Shown piece after piece: positions 40,319-49,737 of a DNA stretch of 64,000 nt; position 1 is the first letter of the stretch, and every line of letters starts with the position of its first letter. A program made the position numbers and the translations under genes. The DNA comes from an uncultured Victivallis sp. (GTDB lineage Bacteria; Verrucomicrobiota; Lentisphaeria; Victivallales; GWF2-50-93): assembly GCA_964540865.1 (NCBI GenBank), contig CAZION010000006.1, positions 10,367 through 74,366 on the forward strand, in the 5' to 3' direction. A model generated the notes under the pieces. The model was not told where the DNA came from. It did not search any database and saw nothing but the letters and a program-made list of their open reading frames with translations.

Positions 40319-41500
40319 TCACCTGAGTCCGGACCAGCTTGGGAGGACTGTGTTCATTTTTCCGCCGATAAGCTGCCTTGTCCTGCCTGTCCAGGTATCC
40401 ACCACGAAAAGTGATGAACTTCCACCGGATGTCCTTGTGCAGACAACATGTCTTGCGTCTGGAGCCCATGACGGGGACTCCCAGTCTCCTGCGGCGTTTA
40501 CAACGGTCCTTCCAGCCTCTTTGCCGTTTAGGTCAAGTATGGCAATCGCGTAGTTACCCATTTTTGCGGAATAAGCAATTTTATTGTCCGAAGACCAGCT
40601 AGGTGAAACGGCTTCGCTGCCCTGAGTTGAAAGTTTTACAGGCGTTCCACCCCTTGGACTGATTACATAAAGTCCAGGGCGTCCACCCATGTCAGAAACA
40701 AAACATAGTTTGTCCCCTGCAGGAGACCAGCATGGCGAGGCTTCTACGCCTATTCCATTTGTCAGGCGCTGAAGATCTTGTCCGCCGAAAGATTTAACAT
40801 ATAATTCAACCTGCCTGTCGCGGCTAAGGATAAGGGCCAGCTGACTGCCGTTTGGAGAGACTGCTGCGCCGGAATTGAGCCCTGGGAACTGTGCGATCCT
40901 GCGGCAGCGTTTTGAGTTTATGTCAAGTTCGACGACATCCGTGAACATTTTCGAGTAGAGCGTGAAAACGATTTCATCTTTGCCTGGGATCCAGTCGGGT
41001 TCTACTGAAAGTGTGTTGTTGAAGGTCAACTGGGTTACGTTCTGCCCATCGAAATCACAGCTGAAAATTTCCTTTTTACCGACCTGTGTCTGGGCGGAGA
41101 ATGCAATCCGCGATGAACATATTCCTGCGATATTGAACATTTTCTTGAGTATGGCGTCAACTGTTTTATGGGCAGTTGTCCTCAAGCTCTGGCTATTTAT
41201 CTGTGAATTAAGGGAGAAGACAGGAGAGCCGTTCCCATTGCAGACGTTTGTTTGCAGCTGTGCGCCTGCAGCCGCTCCAGTTACGACATATTCCGCTCCT
41301 GAATCCACCATGTCGAACCATCCACAGTTCTTCAGGTCTGAGGCGATTAGTTTTGAGAGTTCGGGATTCCCGGTGATATCCCTGTACATGAGGGTCGGAT
41401 TACGGTCCTTTGCAGATTTCCTTACTACCACCTGCGCCTGAAGGTCTAACGATAACGATATGATGAATATCGCGGATAAAATTAGAAACTTTTTAAACAT
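40319..41500 (-). CDS. tolB: TolB-like beta-propeller protein
   Basis: Signal peptide, SRIAF, KEIFSCDFDG, repeated PD40 motifs (SPCWSP, SPSWS, SPSWAPD). Confidence 0.82.
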   Translation of the reverse strand: MFKKFLILSAIFIISLSLDLQAQVVVRKSAKDRNPTLMYRDITGNPELSKLIASDLKNCGWFDMVDSGAEYVVTGAAAGAQLQTNVCNGNGSPVFSLNSQINSQSLRTTAHKTVDAILKKMFNIAGICSSRIAFSAQTQVGKKEIFSCDFDGQNVTQLTFNNTLSVEPDWIPGKDEIVFTLYSKMFTDVVELDINSKRCRRIAQFPGLNSGAAVSPNGSQLALILSRDRQVELYVKSFGGQDLQRLTNGIGVEASPCWSPAGDKLCFVSDMGGRPGLYVISPRGGTPVKLSTQGSEAVSPSWSSDNKIAYSAKMGNYAIAILDLNGKEAGRTVVNAAGDWESPSWAPDARHVVCTRTSGGSSSLFVVDTWTGRTRQLIGGKMNTVLPSWSGLR

Positions 41501-41740
41501 TTTTCTTGCTCCTGTGATGATTGCAGTTACTTTGCATACGAAAATAAATAATCTCCTGCCGTCCATCTTGTCGCTGCGCAAGCGGAGGGCGTTGCGGACG
41601 AATCTCCGAGGCTTTTGGTCGGGCAGGAGATTTTTATGATGAATGCCAAAGCCAGGTGCATTTTGTTACCTTAAATGCAAAACATAGGTTAGCGTAAAAC
41701 CTGACAATCTCAAGTAAAATATCCAAATTATGAAAATTTT

Positions 41741-43765
41741 ATGATAATGGCAATCGACAGTTTTGTGGAGGAGAAAACACTTAGCAGAGTGTTGGCTCTA
41801 ACAAGTTCTTTTTTCTCGGAAAACACCCCGCTTCTGAAATCGGGTGAGTCCGGGGGGCCTGCTTACGAAAAACGTCCTCAGCAGGAGGAGATGGCGCTGG
41901 GTGTTGCTGCCGCATTTTCCGAGAAGCGTAACCTGTGCGTTGAAGCTCCCACAGGTGTCGGTAAAAGTTTCGCATACCTTGTTCCTGCAATCTATTACGC
42001 CCTGGAGCAGAAACTTCCGGTTCTCATAAGCACTGAGACAATCAGCCTCCAGGAACAGCTTGTTGAAAAAGACCTGCCACTGCTGCGGAAAATCATGGAC
42101 GAACCTTTCACTGTCGCCCTTGCCAAGGGCAGGGGTAATTATGTCTGCATGCGCAGGCTGTCCATTATTGCCGGAGAACATACCGAATACCTGCCGTCCG
42201 ATGCAATGCGCTCTGATGCCGAGAAGATTGCGCTCTGGGCCCAGGAGACCGAGGACGGGAGCATGGCGGAAATAGAATTTCCCTTTGACAGACAACTCTG
42301 GGAGTTCATCTGCTGCGAAACCGGAAACTGTTCAAAACCCAAATGCCATTTCTCCAAAAGATGTTTCTACTGGAAGGCGAGAAAATCATGGGATACGGCG
42401 GATCTGATCGTCGCAAACCATGCGATCTTCTTTACGGATCTTAAAATTAAAAGTTCTGAAAACATGGAGATGAGTCTTCTTCCGGTTTATGGAGCGGTTA
42501 TTCTTGACGAGGCGCACACCCTGGAGGACAGTGCCGCTCAGCATCTGGGGCTTCATGTTTCCAGCACTGGGCTGCGCCTCTGCCTCAAGAGGCTTTATGA
42601 CCCGCAGAAAGCCAAAGGATTGCTCATGCGTTCCGGAGAACATCCGCTGCAGTTGAGGGGGGCCGTAGGGGAACTCGCTGAAGCGGCCGACATGTTCTTC
42701 AACAAGGTTAGGGAGTATTCATATGATTTTGCAGATAGCACTATCCGGCTGAGGAAACCGGATTTTGTCACCGATATCCTCTCCGAGAAGATTGGCCGTT
42801 TCCAGCACATGCTTGAAGAATATATAAGGGAGCAGGAGGATGAGGAAGATGCCGATTTGAAACAGGAATTGAGCTCAATGCTCCAGCGCTGCGAATATTA
42901 CAGGCTCTCCATCTCCGATTTTGTCGCAATGCGGTTGGAGGACCATGTATACTGGATTGAAAGAAGCACCAGGAATGATATGAGCATTCAGCTATATGCC
43001 GCACCCCTCAATGTAAATGAAGTGCTCCAGGAGCTTCTTTTCAAAAAGGACAAACCGGTGGTTGTCACAAGCGCGACACTGTCAGTCGAAGGCAAGCTTG
43101 AATATTACACGAGGAGAATCGGTTTCACCAACGGTGGCGAACTTGTTCTTGATACTCCCTTTGATTTTGAGCGCCAGGTCAGAATATACATTTCGAAGCA
43201 GATGCCTCTGCCAGACGAAGAAGGCTATCTTGCCGCGGCATGCGATGAAATTGAAAACTATATCAGGTTTACCCACGGCAAGGCCTTCGTTCTTTTCACC
43301 AGTTACGATACCATGAAGAAAACCGCAGAAAAACTCAGATTCTTTTTTGAAAACATCGGAGTGACCCTCATGATACAGGGCGAAGGCAAAAGCAGGACTG
43401 TCATGCTCAATGAATTCAAGCAGGACATTAATTCCGTCATTTTCGGAGTAGCAAGTTTCTGGATGGGGGTTGATGTGCCCGGTGAGGCTCTGAGCAATGT
43501 CATAATAACCAAACTTCCATTTGCGGTTCCAAGCCACCCGCTTGTTCAGGCGAGGACTGAAAAATTGGAGCGGGAAGGGGGGCGCTCCTTCATGGATTAT
43601 CAGCTTCCGGAGGCTGTCTTAAGATTCAGGCAGGGCGTAGGCCGTCTAATCAGGAAAAAAACAGACAAAGGCATAATCGTAATACTCGACCGCAGGGTTA
43701 TTGCCAAAAGATACGGCAAGATCTTCCTCGATTCCATCCCGAAATGCCCAGTGGAAGTATGCTGA
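41741..43765 (+). CDS. DinG/YoaA family Fe-S DNA helicase
   Basis: RPQQ, EAPTGVGKS, KGRGNYVC, Cys cluster, DEAH, TSATL, FWMGVDVPG, QGVGRLIR. Confidence 0.92.
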   Translation: MIMAIDSFVEEKTLSRVLALTSSFFSENTPLLKSGESGGPAYEKRPQQEEMALGVAAAFSEKRNLCVEAPTGVGKSFAYLVPAIYYALEQKLPVLISTETISLQEQLVEKDLPLLRKIMDEPFTVALAKGRGNYVCMRRLSIIAGEHTEYLPSDAMRSDAEKIALWAQETEDGSMAEIEFPFDRQLWEFICCETGNCSKPKCHFSKRCFYWKARKSWDTADLIVANHAIFFTDLKIKSSENMEMSLLPVYGAVILDEAHTLEDSAAQHLGLHVSSTGLRLCLKRLYDPQKAKGLLMRSGEHPLQLRGAVGELAEAADMFFNKVREYSYDFADSTIRLRKPDFVTDILSEKIGRFQHMLEEYIREQEDEEDADLKQELSSMLQRCEYYRLSISDFVAMRLEDHVYWIERSTRNDMSIQLYAAPLNVNEVLQELLFKKDKPVVVTSATLSVEGKLEYYTRRIGFTNGGELVLDTPFDFERQVRIYISKQMPLPDEEGYLAAACDEIENYIRFTHGKAFVLFTSYDTMKKTAEKLRFFFENIGVTLMIQGEGKSRTVMLNEFKQDINSVIFGVASFWMGVDVPGEALSNVIITKLPFAVPSHPLVQARTEKLEREGGRSFMDYQLPEAVLRFRQGVGRLIRKKTDKGIIVILDRRVIAKRYGKIFLDSIPKCPVEVC

Positions 43766-43842
43766 TGCTGGCGTTGACACATCTATTAAACTTTTTTTCC
43801 CTTATGGGAAAAAAAGATGTATAAGAGGATACGGTGTACAAA

Positions 43843-44337
43843 ATGGCAATGTTATATCCTGACCGCAACAAATGGCTGGAGATGGGCGATGAGGAGCTTT
43901 CCGCATTCTGCAAACTGCAGGCGTTCAAATCATCCGGCCCCGGTGGACAGAAGGTGAATAAGACTTCATCGGCCGTCAGGCTTATTCATAATCCGACCGG
44001 AATCGAGGTTACATCCTCGGAGAGCCGTTCCCAGTATGAAAACAGGCATATCGCCCTTAGGAAACTGAGGTTGAAAATTGCGCTTGAAATCCGATCCGAA
44101 GGGAAAAAAGGCATTGACAATCTTGAAATCAGCATGTCTAATCCCAAATATCCGCTTTTTGTAGCCTTGCTGTTTGATTCACTTGAAGATTACGGTTTTC
44201 AGATAAGGGATTGCGCACAGTTCCTGGGCTTGAGCACCGGACAGTTCGTCCGCCTGCTTGAGAAAGATCCCGAGATATGGAGGAAACTCAATTCGGAACG
44301 AAGAACAAGAGGACTGAAACCACTGATTAAGGATTAA
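43843..44337 (+). CDS. Peptide chain release factor-like (RF-1 domain) protein
   Basis: SSGPGGQKVNKTSSAVRLIHNPTG, RSQYENR. Confidence 0.85.
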   Translation: MAMLYPDRNKWLEMGDEELSAFCKLQAFKSSGPGGQKVNKTSSAVRLIHNPTGIEVTSSESRSQYENRHIALRKLRLKIALEIRSEGKKGIDNLEISMSNPKYPLFVALLFDSLEDYGFQIRDCAQFLGLSTGQFVRLLEKDPEIWRKLNSERRTRGLKPLIKD

Positions 44338-44405
44338 GCCCGTATAAAATATCCAATGAAGAAAATTTTTCCGTTCCGGAAAAATTAACAAGGAAATGGG
44401 GTATC

Positions 44406-44630
44406 GTGAAAAAACTCATATACATACTGCTGGGAATGCTGCTGTTCCCGATAATCATTTTTATAGTACTTATAGTCATCCCACTTTTCCTGTTGTTCCT
44501 GATAGTGTTGAAAATGTTCACGTTTAAGCTAAGAAGAAAATCACCTCGGCCGCCACCCGCCTCTTCCAGAAAAATACATCAGACGGATGATGTCGTCGAC
44601 ATTGAATGTGAAGTAATGGATGATAAGTAG
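44406..44630 (+). CDS. Small membrane protein
   Basis: Hydrophobic N-half; C-terminal DDVVDIECEV. Confidence 0.6.
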   Translation: MKKLIYILLGMLLFPIIIFIVLIVIPLFLLFLIVLKMFTFKLRRKSPRPPPASSRKIHQTDDVVDIECEVMDDK

Positions 44631-44990
44631 CACAGGCCCTGGTCGCCAAAGGCGCTGCCATAGGCAGGTAAACATTCCTGCCTGTGTCTTGTGTTGGGAG
44701 TAGCACGGGCATCCTGCCTGTGTGGGTGTGTTCGGGTAGGAGATGGCAGACTTTAATTAGGCGGCTACGGACCGCAGCTCAGAACAATGGAATATCTAAT
44801 TATGGCGAGGGAAGTGAGGACAGAGAATAACGAAGAGGGAATTAAGTTGGAGTTCATCACGTGACCACGTTGGCACGTGGAACGTGACTCACGTGGCGGC
44901 TTTCCTGTCCGCCGTAGCATCTTAGCGAAGGCGGAAGCGTGTCTTGATTATCTTGGATATTGGACATTCCGTGCTGGACATTGGATATTC
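44627..44990. repeat. Hotspot of small repeats of four different kinds
   Basis: GTAG REPs (44627, 44700-44722), CACGT tract (44858-44895), palindrome (44904-44935), TTGGAYA heptamers (44953-44987). Confidence 0.7.
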
Positions 44991-45155
44991 AAAACATTGA
45001 AATTCCTATGCGATATACCAATTACAACTTCTTGCTTTTGGACATGTTCATGCTAATATTGCAAACTATGTTGATAAGTTTTAGGAAGATAGGTAATTTC
45101 AACTGCTGAGGAATCTGTTATGGCTAATATCCCGACAAATACACGGAGTCCTCAT

Positions 45156-45377
45156 ATGATTCGAAAAGTTACAGCAATATATGACGGGCCCAGTCTTGCG
45201 CTTGAGAAGCCAGTGAAAATACCCATCAACACGAGATTAAAAATTGCCTTTAAACTTCCACGGAAGAAAAACAAAGGCGATGTGTTCAGCATGATTGTCG
45301 GCGAATCCGTCAATACGGGTATTAAGGATTGGTCTAGAAATCACGACCAGCACTGTCATGAAAGATCACAGGATTGA
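45156..45377 (+). CDS. Putative antitoxin (DUF104-like), C-terminus altered by deletion
   Basis: VTAIYDG..L.LEKPV and NTGIKDWSRNHD. Confidence 0.55.
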   Translation: MIRKVTAIYDGPSLALEKPVKIPINTRLKIAFKLPRKKNKGDVFSMIVGESVNTGIKDWSRNHDQHCHERSQD

Positions 45378-45435
45378 GCATGCCTTGGCTACTGATAAGC
45401 ATTTCGTTCAAGCCGGATTTAAATGTGTATTATAA
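45352..45435 (+). pseudogene. C-terminal remnant of a PIN/VapC toxin
   Basis: Translates as TVMKDHRIEHALATDKHFVQAGFKCVL*. Confidence 0.7.
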
Positions 45436-45524
45436 TACGAAATTTCCTCATATGTGCTTGGTTGCGACTTAATGGAGTTTAGAATGAGTGCACTTAACTG
45501 TACAATCGGAGAAAATGTTAAATA

Positions 45525-45995
45525 ATGAAACAGAAAATATATATTGAAACGAGTGTTGCCAGCTACTTGGTTTCACGCCCTTCCAAGGATATTGTTATAG
45601 CCGGACATCAGGCGGCTACCAGGGATTTTTGGGAATCCCTTGGCGATTATGAGCCGTTTATTTCAGACATAGTGATTCAAGAAGCCTCCGATGGCGATGA
45701 AATTCAGGCTAAGATACGTTTGGAGGCCTTGAAGGGAATTCAGATACTCGAAATTGACGATATTGTAAAAGTATTGGCTAAAAAATTGATGGACGGCCGT
45801 GCTGTACCAAAAAAATGCGTTGAAGACGCCCTTCACATTGCCGTTGCAGCAAGACATGGTTTAAATGCCATTGTCACTTGGAATTTCAGTCATATAAACA
45901 ATCCTTTTACGAGGATGATGATAAGGCAGATAATAGAGAACAACGGGTTTGCATGTCCGGAAATATGCTCACCCGACGAATTCACAGGAGACTAA
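45525..45995 (+). CDS. PIN domain protein (VapC-like)
   Basis: IYIETSVASYLVSRPS, DALHIAVA, IVTWNFSHI, ICSPDE. Confidence 0.85.
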   Translation: MKQKIYIETSVASYLVSRPSKDIVIAGHQAATRDFWESLGDYEPFISDIVIQEASDGDEIQAKIRLEALKGIQILEIDDIVKVLAKKLMDGRAVPKKCVEDALHIAVAARHGLNAIVTWNFSHINNPFTRMMIRQIIENNGFACPEICSPDEFTGD

Positions 45996-45997
45996 TT

Positions 45998-46207
45998 ATG
46001 AAAGACCCGATTGTCGAAGAAATACGCAGCTTCAGAGATGCTCATGCGCGTCGTTTCAATTACGATCTTGACGCAATTTGTGAAGACTTTAAGTCCCATC
46101 AGAAAAAATGCGGACATCGCCTGGTAAGTCTTCACCCCAGGAAGCTTTCAGGCAAATCAATTCATCATGAACGCAACAAACCCAGTTCCTCTTTATCCGA
46201 GTCATGA
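45998..46207 (+). CDS. Small putative antitoxin
   Basis: MKDPIVEEIRSFRDAHARRFNYDLDAICED, with GGAG RBS right after the PIN gene. Confidence 0.7.
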   Translation: MKDPIVEEIRSFRDAHARRFNYDLDAICEDFKSHQKKCGHRLVSLHPRKLSGKSIHHERNKPSSSLSES

Positions 46208-46295
46208 TTTTTTGTGTTCCACAAAAAATATTTCAACCCGAAAGGAATTTCTAAACTTATAAAACTTTGATCCCAAAATTTATTATCTAACGTGA

Positions 46296-46491
46296 TTTTC
46301 GACAGACGTTTCTCGTAGAAAACTGGTAATTTTTGATTTGTAGAAGCCGCTGTTGAAGGTCGCCCCACATTGGGGCGCCTCTTCAGCATTTCTACAAGGG
46401 CATACCAGTGCCTCTACGGGAGTGCAGAGTGAGTGCGCTCCTCTTTTTTTTGAGCCGCATTCCATCTACTGCGCTCTTCTACGGTCGAAAA
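46296..46491 (+). other. Multi-branched structured element (candidate ncRNA or folded mobile end)
   Basis: Closing stems ttttcgac/gtcgaaaa and cgtagaa/ttctacg enclose three hairpins. Confidence 0.5.
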
Positions 46492-46558
46492 CAGAAAGGA
46501 GGGTATTCTGTAATTCATCTGTATATTGAGAAAATAATATTAAACATTTGAGGGGCTT

Positions 46559-46996
46559 ATGGATACAAATAAAGGATCGACGATATTTTCTGAAATTGAT
46601 AAAAAAAGAATAAAGGCTAAATACAATACGATTTATGGGAAAAAAGCGAAATATCCAAAAGTTAAGTTTAAAAGTAAAAATGACTTTTTTAAATGGTATT
46701 TAAAGCAATGGGAAAAACAAAACGGCGAATGTTTCTACTGTAAAAGCAAAGAAAAGGACATAAGGCTTTTATTTGATAGTGGTGTCATAGAAACCAAAAG
46801 AAAGAGAGGCCGTCATTTTGAGGTTGAAAGATTGTCGCCTAATGGAAATTATGAATCTAGTAATTGCACCCTTGCATGTTACTTCTGCAATAATGATAAA
46901 AGCGACATAATTAGCAGCCAAGATTATTTAAGGTTTTTTTCAAAGCCTCGTCGAACTTACATTAAAGAGCTTCTTCGCAGAATGAAAAATAAATAA
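46559..46996 (+). CDS. HNH endonuclease-like protein
   Basis: CFYC...HFEVERLSPNGNYESSNCTLACYFCNNDKS. Confidence 0.75.
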   Translation: MDTNKGSTIFSEIDKKRIKAKYNTIYGKKAKYPKVKFKSKNDFFKWYLKQWEKQNGECFYCKSKEKDIRLLFDSGVIETKRKRGRHFEVERLSPNGNYESSNCTLACYFCNNDKSDIISSQDYLRFFSKPRRTYIKELLRRMKNK

Positions 46997-47034
46997 CGCA
47001 CATTGAAAATTATTTAATAGAAAGGAATACTCAA

Positions 47035-49032
47035 ATGAAATCAATTTATGTTGTTATACTGGCAACTGCTTTTATCTTTAATTCAAATGGACAAACAATT
47101 AATATTGACAAAACAGCAAAAGGTGTAGTAGGTTTATTTGGGGGAAATGATAAAAAGAAACCAGATGACAAAAAACAAATAAATACAAAAGAACCAGATA
47201 AATCTGTTGCTCCAAATCCTACAGGACAGGACAATCCCATTACCGCTAATACCACTCCACAAGGCAAGCCTGTTGCAGCACTAGTGACTGAGGAAACAAA
47301 AACAAGTAATGACAACTCATCTAATCTAGAAAAAAGCAAAGCGAAGACCATTGATTGCGGTTGTAAGTTTGGCTTGGTGAATGATAATGAAAGTTATAAT
47401 AATGAACCATTAAAGTCGTCTAAAAACGACGGAGCTTTATTGTGTTTCTTAAATGATTATTTGCCCAAGGATTCAGATTATGATGCTGAATTATTGTGTC
47501 TAACAATTAGGCCATGCAATGTCGGTAATGACAAAAGTAAAAATCTAGATTATGTGTATTCTACACCTGAAACAGGTATATTTTTAGCTGTTAAAACTAT
47601 CAAAATTGATTATAGCTATCCCACCGCAGAGAATAGAAAACGCTTATTAACTCCCTATAAGGATGCTATTATTAAAAAAAGTTTAATTAAAATTCCTATG
47701 AATGAGGTAGATCGCGGTTATAATGAATATGATTCAGGAGGCTATGGTGGGACAGAACTCTGCATACCAATAGAGACATATACATTAGAAGATTCTAATG
47801 GTGTTGTAAAAACCTTGTTTTTACAAAATAATAGTGATTCATATTTGTTGAAAATTGATAATTATAACTTTTCTAGAGAGCTGATAAAAAAATTAGGGGG
47901 AGTAGATGTTTGTGAAAAAAATCGTGATAAAAATATCCTTGAATGGGCAAAAATAGGAGCTAATAAATATTTAAGTAATGTTCTATCAGAGTATTGGTCA
48001 AAAGGACAATATATTGAGTTTATTTATAACAAAGATATAATGCGCAAATTTACTAGTGAATTTGACCAAAAATATAATAACAATATAGCTGCAATAAAAA
48101 AACAAGGAAACGCATATAAATCACTTGATTTTGGTGATGATTTTAACTCTGTTAAGAACAAACTTGCTTTATTGCAAATTAAATACACAATTAAAGAATC
48201 AAATGAATCAGAAGCCCTAGATATTTATAAACGCGATTTATTGGGAATTCAATTTGCCAACACAAATTTACCTGGAGTTGATGCTCTAGAAGCCTTGATT
48301 AAAACTTATCCAGAGAATGACAAAACTTTATTATCGGGTTTAAAGTTAGATGGGAAAATTATTACATGTGAATCATCAGGAACAACAACTGAACTTTATT
48401 TAGCTCCCACAGTTACTGGACTCGGTTTATATTTTATTGCTATTTCTTTCCCTTTAGAATTAAACGTAAACCAGTTAATTGATAAAATAAAAAATGAATT
48501 TCAGCCCCTAAAGGAAGAAAAGAAGCTTACTTCAATTGGTATTTTCATTCCACAGACTGACCCAAGACTTTATTTTGATAAGGAACTTGTAACACCTATT
48601 ACAATCTATTCTGCACAAAAGGACAATAAATCCGTTAGTATAATTGTGCCTGATTATAAAAATATTCAGGTAAAACAAATGGAAGATAAAGCCAAATTGA
48701 AATCTATTGCTGATGCTGACAAGGAATTCGGGAAAAAAAACAATATAGATATTGCTAAGGACAAGAAAAAAGGATATGAAGCATTAAAGCCAGCTTTAGA
48801 TTCTTTGGTGGGCTCTATTAAAGAAGGCATCATACCCAGAGATGGGCCGCATAAACTTTACTTGGATAATCCTGATGGAATTATTGTTAATGTTATTTTA
48901 ATTAAGCAAATAAAATCAGAGGAGATATTTAAAAATAAAATTAAGGAATTTATAGATAAGAAGCTGGCGGAGTATAAAAAGGCTAAAGAAAGTGATAATA
49001 ATAAAACTACTAAGGAGAGTTTAAACTTCTAA
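47035..49032 (+). CDS. Secreted hypothetical protein, AT-rich
   Basis: AAAGGA RBS, signal peptide, low-complexity linker, 665-aa ORF. Confidence 0.75.
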   Translation: MKSIYVVILATAFIFNSNGQTINIDKTAKGVVGLFGGNDKKKPDDKKQINTKEPDKSVAPNPTGQDNPITANTTPQGKPVAALVTEETKTSNDNSSNLEKSKAKTIDCGCKFGLVNDNESYNNEPLKSSKNDGALLCFLNDYLPKDSDYDAELLCLTIRPCNVGNDKSKNLDYVYSTPETGIFLAVKTIKIDYSYPTAENRKRLLTPYKDAIIKKSLIKIPMNEVDRGYNEYDSGGYGGTELCIPIETYTLEDSNGVVKTLFLQNNSDSYLLKIDNYNFSRELIKKLGGVDVCEKNRDKNILEWAKIGANKYLSNVLSEYWSKGQYIEFIYNKDIMRKFTSEFDQKYNNNIAAIKKQGNAYKSLDFGDDFNSVKNKLALLQIKYTIKESNESEALDIYKRDLLGIQFANTNLPGVDALEALIKTYPENDKTLLSGLKLDGKIITCESSGTTTELYLAPTVTGLGLYFIAISFPLELNVNQLIDKIKNEFQPLKEEKKLTSIGIFIPQTDPRLYFDKELVTPITIYSAQKDNKSVSIIVPDYKNIQVKQMEDKAKLKSIADADKEFGKKNNIDIAKDKKKGYEALKPALDSLVGSIKEGIIPRDGPHKLYLDNPDGIIVNVILIKQIKSEEIFKNKIKEFIDKKLAEYKKAKESDNNKTTKESLNF

Positions 49033-49095
49033 GAGTAATTTAATTATTTAGTGGATGAATTAAATCTGAATGAGATAAAAAATATCTATAGTCTT

Positions 49096-49145
49096 AGATG
49101 AGCATCGGGGATTTATAACTCCATATGAAACCCCGATGTTCATCT
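49096..49145. other. Long hairpin at the right edge of the AT-rich segment
   Basis: agatgagcatcgggg ... ccccgatgttcatct. Confidence 0.55.
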
Positions 49146-49217
49146 TATTTGCACTCACAATAGATTCCCGGTTTGAACGCTAATATCGGGTTGACGGTGC
49201 TATTCAGGAGGAAAAAT

Positions 49218-49637
49218 ATGAATCGCTTTATGTTGAGTATTGCCTTTATGTCTTTCTTTATCTCTTCTAATGCAATGTCGCAATCATATATTGAAAAGCC
49301 TGCGACCGGCGATCGTCTCTATAAATGGGACGGTCAATTCCTGATGAAACCAACCACCGGGGAACGGCTTTTCAAATGGGATGGCGCTTATATTATGAAA
49401 CCCAGCACCTCGGAACGACTGTATAAGTGGGATGGAGAGTTCCTGATGAAACCAAACACTGGGGAACGGCTCTTCAAATGGGATGGGACTTACATTATGA
49501 AACCCAGCACCAGCGAACGGCTGTATAAATGGGATGGAGAGTTCCTGATGAAAGCGAATACCGGGGAGCGTTTGCTCAAAACCGATGGTGAGTTCCCGGC
49601 AGCCATTGTAATCGCCATGGCCACAGGATTGATCTGA
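49218..49637 (+). CDS. Secreted protein with six 17-aa repeats
   Basis: AGGAGG RBS, signal peptide, (Y/F)(I/L)MKPxTxERL(Y/F)KWDGx repeated six times at 49287-49592. Confidence 0.8.
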   Translation: MNRFMLSIAFMSFFISSNAMSQSYIEKPATGDRLYKWDGQFLMKPTTGERLFKWDGAYIMKPSTSERLYKWDGEFLMKPNTGERLFKWDGTYIMKPSTSERLYKWDGEFLMKANTGERLLKTDGEFPAAIVIAMATGLI

Positions 49638-49643
49638 GTAACA

Positions 49644-49667
49644 AAAAGAGCCCGCTAAGGTTCTTTT
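49644..49667. terminator. Terminator-like hairpin between convergent genes
   Basis: aaaagagcc-cgctaa-ggttctttt. Confidence 0.5.
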
Positions 49668-49737
49668 AATTAACCATATGGTCACATCAAATTAGCACCT
49701 TGTAAGGTGTGCGTGGACCACTTTATTTACAATGGAA

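Noticed and set aside
41544..41637. SRP RNA
   Set aside because: The conserved SRP domain IV motif (CAGG...GRAA...AGCAG) is not present on either strand.
46285..46500. Integron attC site
   Set aside because: atctaac fits an R'' box, but no matching GTTRRRY follows the closing stem and no integrase is in the window.
46559..46996. IscB/HEARO or Cas9-like nuclease
   Set aside because: Only 145 aa, with no PLMP or RuvC motifs.
49287..49592. 51-nt periodic repeats as a CRISPR array
   Set aside because: The units are contiguous and in frame with codon-type variation, with no unique spacers and no cas genes.
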